Shown: positions 53,605 through 64,000 of the stretch, one piece after another | Numbering within the stretch: the first letter of the stretch is position 1 | Layout of the letters: every line of letters starts with the position of its first letter | Source: Octopus sinensis | Lineage: Eukaryota | Direction of reading: 5' to 3' | Length of the DNA: 64,000 nucleotides | Assembly: GCF_006345805.1 (NCBI RefSeq) | Contig: NC_043004.1 | Location: forward strand, 16,306,001-16,370,000 | Made by a program: the position numbers and the translations under genes | Notes under the pieces: model-generated | Told to the model about the DNA's origin: nothing | Database searches by the model: none | Seen by the model: only the letters and a program-made list of their open reading frames with translations

Positions 53605-53712
53605 TTAATAGAAGGCAAAAGACGAAGACAGGTGAAGGAAGAAGAGGCGGTTGTATTATAGTTTCACGCTCGGGAAGAATGGAAAAGTGTTTGACGTTTC
53701 GAGCATACGCTC
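53605..53712 (-). mobile_element. Penelope-pLTR-like repeat with truncated hammerhead end
   Basis: Minus strand GAGC-GTAT-GCTC-GAAAC-GTC-AAAC; the upstream core is replaced by (CA)n. Confidence 0.55.
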
Positions 53713-53788
53713 TATGTGTGTGTGTGCATGCTTCCATGATTGTGTGTGAGCGTGTGCGTGTGTGTGAGCGTGTGCATGTGGGCGTGTA

Positions 53789-53950
53789 AAGGCACGTGGC
53801 TTAGAGGCTAGGATATTCGGCTCAGAATCGTATGGTCGTGAGAGTTCAATTTCCGCTGACAAGAAAAAATGAATAGTATCTGTAATTCAAACTGCCAGCC
53901 TTGTCACAGTTTGTGTCGCACTGAATCTACCTGAGAGTTACGTTAAGGTT
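53789..53950 (+). mobile_element. SINE family 3, internally deleted
   Basis: GGCACGTGGCTTAG...GTGAGAGTTCAATTTCC, then GCCTTGTCACA...CTGAATCTACCTGAGA tail matching the 46417 copy. Confidence 0.65.
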
Positions 53951-53967
53951 GTATGTATGTATGTATG

Positions 53968-54012
<45 letters not shown>

Positions 54013-54018
54013 TTAACG

Positions 54019-54051
<33 letters not shown>

Positions 54052-54226
54052 GCATGTATATATGCATGCATGCGTGTATATGTGTACATGTGTATGAGTA
54101 TATTCATATAAATACTTGCATGCACAAGAGCACACACTTATATATCCCATATATACATACATATATGTATGTATATGTATATATATATATATATATATAT
54201 ACATATATATATGTATATATATATAT

Positions 54227-54274
<48 letters not shown>

Positions 54275-54277
54275 ATG

Positions 54278-54336
<59 letters not shown>

Positions 54337-54869
54337 GAATCACATTAATTAACCTTGTCTGATAGCCTGAAACTTTGTATGTGGGAAATATTCCAGCTTC
54401 TAAATAAGTCCGATTGCCTTTGTTTGAACATTTGCCAAATCGAGTCTCTTTTTGGTATGGTTTCTCGATATCTAGCGGCATTAGCAAGTATCTCTGGCCA
54501 GAGAATATTTTCAGGCATTTTTGGAAAATTTCAATTGTTTTCGTCTGTAATTTCAGTTCAAATTTGCAGTAATATTTACAGAAATTTTTTAAAATATTAA
54601 ATGCCTTCATATATACAGTCAAGAACATTTTTGTCGCTAATAAGACAATATCGAACAATGAAACCTAAATCAGTATTTTGACGATGAGCATAACTGCAAG
54701 TGATTCTTGCTTATGTAACAAATGTTTCCGTCATCTCCCTAAATAATTTTAAACTTTTTCTTCATTGCAAATGCAATTTCCCACTTTCTAGAATCAAATT
54801 TTTGATGACCTATTCTTTGATAACTCTCATAATTTTACCTATTTAGTTTAAAACAACGGAAATGAAGCT

Positions 54870-55640
54870 GATCATATTCCGAGATAATAATGACTTGCAT
54901 AATAACACACAGCATGGCTTCTGTTTATGAAGGAGCTCTTTGGTAGTATTATGACTGCGCGCTCAAACAACTCCCCAAATATGTTAATGTACGTATGACA
55001 TATCTTGAGTTTTCCAAAGCCTCTGATAAAGTTGATCACAGAAGTATGTCACAACTGCTGCTAGACGAATGCCATGCTAACTATTTTCGTAAAGAATCAA
55101 AACGTTACAGCCAATGGTGTTCTCTCTGAGGAAGCGCCGGTCTAAGTGGAGTTTATCAGGGAATTGTACTGAGACCACTGATGTTCGTTGTCGATCTCTC
55201 AGATATGTTTTCACTCATACAATCAGCTACGCTCACCTATTATACTAACAATACAAAAGACTCACAGTCAGTCAATGGTCCTGATATCTCAAAGTTACAG
55301 AAAGATCATACACCGTACACAAATGGGCAGCCGAAAACAACATGCCACTATTTGTCGACTACTTTAAGGTTCAAGGGTCTGCAAAATTTCGCCACATTGT
55401 CACGAAAAACCTTCCAGATCTGGGAAGCGTACACGTGGATGTATTAAAAAAATGCATTTGACAAAATCTTTTCCGAAATACTAAAACAGTACACAACATG
55501 GCAAGAAACGCAAATAAGAGCAGTTTTGTTCAGCTCACTGCTTCATTAGAACCAAACTCGGAGAGAAAGCTATGGGAGAGGGTTGAATCAAAAAAACAAT
55601 GATGGAGCCTGGTTATGGCACCTCTTCTAAACATAATCCA
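54870..55640 (+). mobile_element. Heavily degraded, internally deleted CR1-group LINE (RT and 3' end)
   Basis: Decayed NTQHGF, YL.F.KA.DKVDH, SGV.QG.VL.PLMFVV.LSDM and C-terminal remnants. Confidence 0.65.
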
Positions 55641-56386
55641 AAAAACGCCCCTTCATCTATTTAATGAGTGTATCTTTACTTAAATACGTATTTCTTTACC
55701 AATACTTTTTTCTGTGCATGACTGTAACTGTCTTTCAGTGTAACTAAATCTTATAGCATTGAATCTGTTCGAGGTTCTGTAACTACAACAAAGCTGATCG
55801 TTAATTGCAAATACAAAACTATGAATTATCAATTACATCTCTTTCGTTTAGTTCTTTTCTTCCAACTCATCAATTTTTCTCTCTTTCTATTTATCTCTCT
55901 TCCACTTAATTCATATTTATAGCCCTTTTCGCTCCCCGTCCCACGCCTGCATCATTTATCTATCATATATCTACATGGTTTTCATCAGAATATCATAAGT
56001 CTGATGAGGGTAGCATTAACACTTTAAGGTCGTCCAAATCTTCTCAACCGATCAATGCACAGATTGAGTGAAGCGATCAATGAACTCACTTATAAATACT
56101 TGTTGAAATTACTACAAGAAAAGAATATATAATGACCAATATTCATACCTTGTCTTAAATGTGTATGTGTATGTGTATGTGTATGTGTGTGAGTACATAT
56201 ATACATTTTTCAGTGTTTTCTTAGAAACCCAACCATTACCGTATTGGAACCTTATCCTAAAAGAAGTGGGTTGTTTGATACAATGCAATGTCGTGCCATT
56301 CGGTGGTTAGTATCACTTATAATTCCAAAGCTGGGAGCTAGACCTTCAAGGATCCTCCCTATGTATATCACTGCATATCATTCATG

Positions 56387-56438
56387 CTTTGGGATTACAC
56401 CTTAGGATTACGCTTTGGGATCACGCCTTGAGATTAAA
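56387..56438. repeat. 13-bp minisatellite x4
   Basis: CTTTGGGATTACA / CCTTAGGATTACG / CTTTGGGATCACG / CCTTGAGATTAAA. Confidence 0.85.
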
Positions 56439-56903
56439 GCTTCAGTTCGTTTAAAGATTTAGTTCTTCCAGTAGCTCATCTGTTTCAGCGAGTTAATCTC
56501 TTCGGTGTAGTGACACTAGACTCAAAATTGTTTCTTTTTTTCACTAAATCTATTCTAGTTGCCAATGACGATATCTCACAGTGCTATTTAATCTTAATTA
56601 TGAACGTTCACTTCAAGCCGCTTAGTTTCAACATTTTTATCTCTTTTCTATTAATGAAACCTCTATGTATAGGTCTGTATGTATGTATGGATATTTAATA
56701 TATAGCTACCTAATATATCTGTGTCCCAGTGGTGAGTAGCATGCTAAATAGATATTCTCCAGAGGCTTTGATATTGCTGTTCATGTTATAAAATGCAAAC
56801 AGTGTAATCTTGGAACATGATGCAGAATAATAACAGATTGATTATTGCATAAATTAATGTGAAATCTTAACGACATTCTGAACATTGTAATATCATACTT
56901 CGA

Positions 56904-57300
56904 CAAGGCGGCGAGCTGGCAGAAACGTTAGCACGCCGGGCGAAATGCTTAGCGGTATTTCGTCTGCCACTACGTTCTGAGTTCAAATTCTGCTGAGGAG
57001 GACTTTGCATTTCATCCTTTCGGGATCGATTAAATAAGTACCAGTTACGCACTGGGGTCGATATAGTCGACTTAATGCGTTTGTCTGTCCTTGTTTGTCG
57101 TCTCTGTGTTTAGCCCCTTGTGGGTAGTAAAGCAATAGGTACTTCGTCTGTCTTTACGTTCTGCGTTCAAATTCCTCCGAGGTCGTCTTTGCCTTTAATC
57201 TTTCGGGGTCGATGATTTAAGTACCAGTTGCGTCCTGGGGTCGATCTAATTGACTGGTAACCCCTCCAAAAGTTTTGCACCTTGTGCTTAGAGTAGAAAA
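56904..57300 (+). mobile_element. Dimeric SINE family 1 with perfect 16-bp TSD
   Basis: Two cores; TSD TAATATCATACTTCGA at 56888-56903 and 57301-57316. Confidence 0.95.
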
Positions 57301-57384
57301 TAATATCATACTTCGATTGGAATATTTTGATGAATTCTCTTCTCAATAGACATCTACCTACTGCCACCAGAATGTGTCTGCATG

Positions 57385-57423
<39 letters not shown>

Positions 57424-57869
57424 CCACTGCCAAAATGCGCATGCTTATATATATATACATATATACATATATACACAAAATGTATTTCTATATATATATA
57501 TATATGTGTGTGTATGTGTGTGTGTGTGTGTGTGTATGTGTGTGTGTTGTATGTGTGTATACACACGCTCACACAAACGTGTATGCATAACTATATGTGT
57601 GTATATATGTTCTGGGTGCGTATAAATTTTGTGCCACACGGTGAATGGTAATTGGAATTGAGGGCGAAATTAATCACTGTCAGGAGGAAACTTGCGCATT
57701 ATATTGCTCTTATAACAGTGGCGAATAGTCCGTTTTATTGTGATGTATTAGCGTGTTCGTAATACATGGACAATTAGCTGATCCATAGGTTAGGTTTTGG
57801 GAATAATTATTTTTTATTAACCCTATGTATGCGTGTATGTGCATGCTGTCTTCTGTTATATATATATAT

Positions 57870-57906
<37 letters not shown>

Positions 57907-58058
57907 TATTATACATACATATATCCATATATATATACATATATACACACACAAACGCACGCACACACACATATATCTGTGTGTATTGATATATATATAT
58001 ATACATATGTATATATATATATATTTATATATATATAGAGAGAGAGAGAGATACAGAC

Positions 58059-58095
<37 letters not shown>

Positions 58096-58801
58096 GGGAG
58101 AGAGAGAGAAATTCTCCACTGGCCCCTAAAATACAATTTGTTTTTTTATATAATTGCAATTTCGTGAACACATCATCCTTTTTTCTGTCAGCTAGTTAGG
58201 TAATATTTTGTAGAGTTTTAATGACAGTGTTACATATGGCTTCCTTTTTTTATGTTTCACTATTAAATGCAGTTTGTTATTGAAAGTATAATCGCGATTT
58301 GAGAGATAACATCAGAGAAACCTTATATTAAGAAATAGAGGCTAAGTAAAAATACATGCAGATTGATACCTGTATGTGTTGAGACCGTGTGTATGACTAT
58401 ATGTATGTGTATGTGTTTGTATATATGTTAGCGGGTGTGATTGCAATACAACTAGCTATATCTCATACGATTTTACTGGACCACATTACGTTTCAAATAT
58501 CCAGACCTGGTTTCCTGTCTAAATACGCGTGGTTGTTTATCACGCATGCGTTTATTCCACGTACCCTCGTATATGCTTAAGTAGATGAATATAAATAATT
58601 ATTTTGGCAATCATAATATGACATTAACACACGTAGAGGAGTATGAATAAGCGTAACAACATAGAAGTGCTGCAGCCTGTACGTGTATACTTTCATGTAT
58701 AGCTATATTATATTGCTAATACTCAGCTAGAAAATAAGTGAATAAAGCTACAGTTCTGTAGCCAACGCTCTATTCAGAGAAAGTGGCAAACAGCTTGAAA
58801 T

Positions 58802-59220
58802 TTATTTCTTTATTGCTCACAGGGGGCTAAACATAGAAGGGACAAACAAAGACAGATAAACGGATGAAGTCGATTACATTGACCCCAGTGCGTAACTTGT
58901 ACTTGTTTAATCGACCCCGAAAAGGATGAAAGGCAAAGTCAATCTCGGCAGAATTTGAACACAGAATGTAGCGGCTGACGGAATACCTATTTCTTTACTA
59001 CCCACAAGGGGCTAAACACAGAGAGGACAAACAAGGACAGACAAACGGATTAAGTCGATTACATCGACTCCAGTGCGTAACTGGTACTTATTTAATCGAC
59101 CCCGAAAGGATGAAAGGCAAAATCGACCTCGGCGGAATTTGAACTCAGAACGTAACGGCTGAGGGAATACCGCTAAGCATTTCGCCCGGCGTGTTAACTA
59201 TTCTGCCAGCTCGCCGCCTT
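58802..59220 (-). mobile_element. Dimeric SINE family 1 with degraded 14-bp TSD
   Basis: Two cores; AAACAGCTTGAAAT (58788-58801) vs AAACAGATTGATAT (59221-59234). Confidence 0.93.
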
Positions 59221-59514
59221 AAACAGATTGATATCATTATATAAAATAGGTTCAGTAGTGCCAGCCGGGCTAGTTTCAATTTTGTATTGCAACATATGCA
59301 ATAGAGTAGGTCTTGAAGTCTACGAACTGCAAATCACCCCACTTTATTTCCATATATAAAAACCTGGGTTGATAAGCGATGATTTCATGGACATTTAAAA
59401 TGGACACTCATTTACAAAACAGAATTACAAACAGAGATACTGAATTACAACTTTCTCAAAACAGAATTATCAAATCACATTTTTTCTGTCAAATCTCATT
59501 TATATATAATAATC

Positions 59515-59749
59515 TTTTATTCTTTAATTTGTTTCAGTCATTTGACTGCGGCCATGCTGTCGCACCACCTTAAGTCAAACAAATCCACCCCAGGAGTTAT
59601 TCTTTGGAAGCCTAGTACTTATTCTATCGGGCTCTTTTGCCGAACCGCTAGCTTACGATAAGTAAACACACCATCATCGGTGTCAAGATATGGTGGGGGA
59701 ACAAACACAGACACACAAAACACAAACACAAACACACACACATATATAT

Positions 59750-59837
<88 letters not shown>

Positions 59838-60013
59838 TATAAATGATATACGACGGGCTTCTTTCAGTTTTCGTCTACCAAATCTACTTACAAGGCTTTG
59901 GTCAGCCCGAGGCTATAGTAGAAGACGCGTGCATAAAGTGCCACGCATTGGAACTGAATCCGGAACCGTGTACTTGGTAAGCAAGCTACTTACCACACAT
60001 CCACTCCTGCGCC
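59515..60013 (-). mobile_element. Full-length SINE family 2 with internal (TA)n/(TG)n microsatellite
   Basis: Head 60013-59848, internal microsatellite about 59730-59845, tail 59730-59515; TSD TATAATAATC / TATAATACTC. Confidence 0.9.
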
Positions 60014-60474
60014 TATAATACTCTATTACATATAAAGACAAGTTATTTATATTTGTCTATACGTCAATTGCTGGCGGAATATATATCCTTCTCTACAATA
60101 GAGCATAGACACAAAACATATTCTCATACCAATAATGCATTACAATTAAAAATGCATAAGCTGTGGAATATCAATGCAAAACTATTCGATGATCATTAAA
60201 TGTGTCCCTGATTTTACATACTTTATAAATATTTGATGATGAAATGAAATAAAGAAATCAAGGAATTATATTTGTAAGTGCAAGAAAAAATTGCTTTGCA
60301 AATTGGTTCATTCGGTTTTGATGTCTATATTTTACATATTCACTGCCACTCTGACGCCTCTGAATAGCAATATCAACTTACACGAAAATATCAAAGTAAG
60401 GGATAATGGCAGAAAAATTAATATTCTCATTGTAATTTAACAGAAGCAACTGACAAAAAAACTATTGTTTAAGG

Positions 60475-60735
60475 CAAAGAAGAAGAAGAGAAGAAGAAGA
60501 AAGAAGAAGAAGAAGAAGAAGAAGAAGAAGAAGAATATGATGACGATGATGATGATGATGATGATGATGAAGAAGAAGAAGAAAATAAGAAGAAGAAAAA
60601 CAACAAAAGCAACAACAAAAGAAGAAGACGATGACGACGAAGAAGAAGTAGAAGAAGAAGAAGAAGAAGAAGAAGAAGAAGAAGAAGAAGAAGAAGAAGA
60701 AGAACAACAACAACAACAACAACAACAACAAGGAA
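60475..60735. repeat. Compound trinucleotide microsatellite (GAA)n/(GAT)n/(GAC)/(CAA)n
   Basis: Direct reading. Confidence 0.97.
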
Positions 60736-60829
60736 CGAAGCAGAGAAAAAAGGAAAACATAGTAAGAATTACTAAAAGGACATGAAGTAGAATTAAGGAA
60801 AAAGGGACTACACAATCACTTCCATGGAG

Positions 60830-61240
60830 CCACAACAGAAGTTGCTGGAAAAAATAGGTGGGATAGCGTTCCTGAAGACAGGAACGCTAAAACAAGAGAC
60901 TGAGAGCACTAGACTGGTAGCGCAGGACCAAGCTTTGGCCACGAACTGGAAGGTCAATCTGAAGAATGATCAACTGTCTCCGCTGTGCCGGATCTGCAAT
61001 AGAGTAGATGCAACTATTGCCCGTATCACGAATGAATACCCTAGACATGCCCCAAACCACTACAAGTTGTGGCAACACGACCAAGTAGCGAAAATGCTAT
61101 AATAGAAACTGTGCCAAAACTGGGGCTAGAGAGAGGCAAGACATGGTATGAGCACAAAGCGCAGATAGTAGCAGATTCGGAGACTAGCAAAATCTGGGTT
61201 CAAAATCTGAGTTCAAATAACTGTTGTTGACAAAGATCCG
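60830..61240 (+). mobile_element. R4/Dong-type fragment (zinc-knuckle region)
   Basis: LKQETESTRLVAQDQALATN...PLCRICNRVDATIARIT...HDQVAKML**KLCQ..WYEHK. Confidence 0.75.
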
Positions 61241-63588
61241 GAGATATTGTATTCACCTCAATAGACGTCATCGATTGGTTGAAATTGCCGAAATGCAAGA
61301 AATTAAACAACAAATAGCTTACAAACTACAGAATTTTCTCAAGAAAGCCAAGAGAAAAAGATGTTTTATAAACACATTCTACCAGTATACGAAGTTTAAA
61401 AGTGTTTAGTTACAAAGAAATTATTTTTAAAATCTGCCGGTCAAAGCGAAAAGATCCGCAATTAAAGAAAATTAAGAAAACTGGCTGTTTTCTAAGGTGG
61501 AAATCGTTAATAAATTAAAATTGATAGAAATTCCTCCTCCAAACAAACGAAAGTAACGCCTAAGGTAGAAACTTAAAGGTGAAATGACACTAATATAAAA
61601 TTCGTTAGTCTAGCCGCTGAATATTTAATTGAAACTGACGCTGCATCAATATCTGCAAGTTAAACGAAATGAAATATGCAAATCGCACATTGTTCAACAT
61701 GGAAAGAGTACAACCACAAAGATCTACTTATACAGAAGAACGAAGAGGAAAAAGGAAAGCAAAAGAAACTAAAGAGTTTTTAATTTTAATGAGATTAATA
61801 AGAATTGACACAAAAGAATAAAAACAAAGGAAAATTCCACATAAATTTCATTAAAAAAAGGTGGGCAGGCAAACAAAATATGTCCGCAGTAAAAGAATTT
61901 TCCAAGATTCGGAAAATATTCTATCGTTATTAAATGTGACAGAGGTCCCTTGCACAGCATAAAAAAGAATCGAATCGAGTTCTAAGTGATTGTTCGAAGA
62001 CTCGAAGTAATGTAGAAATTATTGCCACACCAGCTACAAGAATGGTACAAGAAATATTCGGAGAACTATGACAGCGAAAGAATTACCACGGTCGACAGTG
62101 TTCAGATCAAGGGCATATCACCTGAAAAGTAAACACAAGTATTAACCGAAAGACTGCGAAATACGAATAGTGATAAAGCCACAAAATGTAATAATATTTC
62201 AAACTTCTGGGTAAAATATTTAACATACCCGGTATAATTTTCAAAAACATAGCGAAAATTTGGAAAACCTATTTGACCAATCGTACAGAAGAAAGCCATT
62301 TTACTCATAAGAAATTGTATACTCTAGAAACATAAATGACACTTCCCAGTTGTAAAGGGCAGGGACGGAAGAGATGATGCAAAATCTCATATCAGTGTAA
62401 AAGTCACTTCTTGCTCAACAATTCCATAACAATGTGCATTAATAGAAGGAAATTAAAAAAAATATGCCCGAGGCCTTTTCGCAGTTTTTGCCATGGATCC
62501 TGGACATAAATAAAATAAAACAAAAGATAAGCAATTATAATAAACACATATAGTACAAATGCCAACCATGCAGACTGAAGTGGTAAACAAAAAAATTAAA
62601 CCTAGCCTTTAAATGAAGGTTAATATTCTAAAACCATCCTTGATTTTTCTCCTTTCGTGCCTGACGCCAATACAATTCGTTGACCGGCCAGACGGTACTT
62701 GGGTTACAATGAAACGGTTTCAGCAAGCTCTCTCTCAGACTGTGCACCCATTCACTTCAGAAATTTATGTGTTTTAGAATGACTAAATCATACACGCATT
62801 ACATAAATTCGAAATACTTCCGAAAGCCATCCCGTCTTTGTATTGTGTTGATGTTTTCTGATGTAGGTGTTTTCTGTGAATGCTGTTTAATCCATAATCC
62901 AAAAGCACCGAATGTGCCCGATAAACTACATCAACTGTTCATCGTTAAATCACCAAAAGCAAACCATTCAAGAACAAACAAACACCTAGAGACTCAATAA
63001 CGTTATGGCCAAGCTTGTATGAGAGCATACAATGCTACAATTGTTAGATGCCTTTTTCTTTTCACAATCTGTTCAGTTGATAACAGATATTTTAGATCGG
63101 CCACAACTGCAGTTCATGATGCAACATCCTATCTATAACTTTATTTTTGCGATTCTGAAACAGAAATTGCATAATATATGTATGCAGTGAGTGGTCACAC
63201 CTAATGGAACAGAAAATTTGAAACCGTATTTTTCCGTACGCTTCATTTTCCATTTGGTTTCATCTAACAACTATGATTTACAATCGTTCATGAACAAATT
63301 TATGCTGGCACAATATCATAAAATGTTTCTATTGGACTAAATGCTGGCAAAGAACCAGACGGTAAATAATTTTAAATGAATAAATTGTCGACATACAATG
63401 ATGGCGCTGTACAGATATACCTTGTAATGATGAAGACACTCATAAAACCTTTTAAATATTGGGAAGCATATTTCGAGAAAAGAATGACCAGGAATTTTTT
63501 TAACATTCAGCGACGCGCATGATCTCGATGCATGCATGATCTATTGGGGTTTTTTCAGGTATATTAGATAGATGGCTTCTCAACATAC

Positions 63589-63605
63589 TGAACCATGGCG
63601 GCGGT
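63589..63605 (-). promoter_or_regulatory. Candidate start-codon exon end (Kozak GCCGCCATGG followed by GTATGT donor)
   Basis: Minus strand CCGCCGCC-ATG-GTT-CA|GTATGT within a modestly CpG-enriched patch; no downstream exon identified. Confidence 0.2.
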
Positions 63606-64000
63606 AGAACAGTGCTCATTAGTCGAAGTTGTAACATCACGACATTAATACATAATCAAAGGCGCAGTCGATTCTATAATTTTGCAAACTCAAAACAAGA
63701 ATGTGTTTCGTTTGTGTTTGTATTGTTGATGCATATCAACAAATGATATGATAAAACTGCAGGTGCATTCGATAATGTAAATCGTTTTGCAATCTTTTCA
63801 ATTCTTCATTCAGCAAAAACAATGCAGCATCATTCCTTAGAATGCCTTCAGGTTCACAAATTCCATCAACAAGAAATCTTTGATCCAATTAACTCGGGCA
63901 ATTCCATTCAAGAAGTTGAAGCAACGAAACAGCTTATTTCATGAAAAAAAATTAAATCAATGCACTGAAATTCCAGATGCTAGACATACTCTATTTTTTT

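Noticed and set aside
54355-54658. Unique part of the 184-aa minus ORF
   Set aside because: No motif, weak splice signals, ORF length inflated by running into (TA)n.
55978-56050. CTGATGA cores on both strands
   Set aside because: No GAAA partner or helices; only an 8-bp inverted repeat.
60465-60785. 106-aa poly-K/M/E/Q ORF resembling an acidic chaperone tail
   Set aside because: Entirely a compound trinucleotide microsatellite; both strands give homopolymer ORFs.

Overview
AT-rich, microsatellite-saturated eukaryotic DNA, almost certainly from an octopus, judged by my recognition of its tRNA-derived SINE families (not a database result). I find no intact protein-coding gene, rRNA, tRNA or CRISPR array. 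Most supplied ORFs are read-throughs of (TA)n/(TG)n/(ATT)n tracts or antisense shadows of transposon ORFs. The window is a transposon graveyard: Penelope-like remnants, RTE- and CR1-group LINE fragments, mariner and maT-type transposase relics, MITEs and many SINEs. At 24.8-33.2 kb there is a cluster of restriction-like-endonuclease (R4/Dong-type) retrotransposons, three stacked head-to-tail in (TAA)n tracts and one in (CATA)n. The best second-look items are: (1) several type I hammerhead-ribozyme motifs of different families, including a 136-bp near-perfect palindrome made of two back-to-back hammerheads (1314-1449); (2) the microsatellite landing-pad cluster; (3) low-confidence traces of decayed intronless class A GPCR genes. 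All ribozyme and protein-family calls come from manual motif reading and need computational and experimental confirmation.
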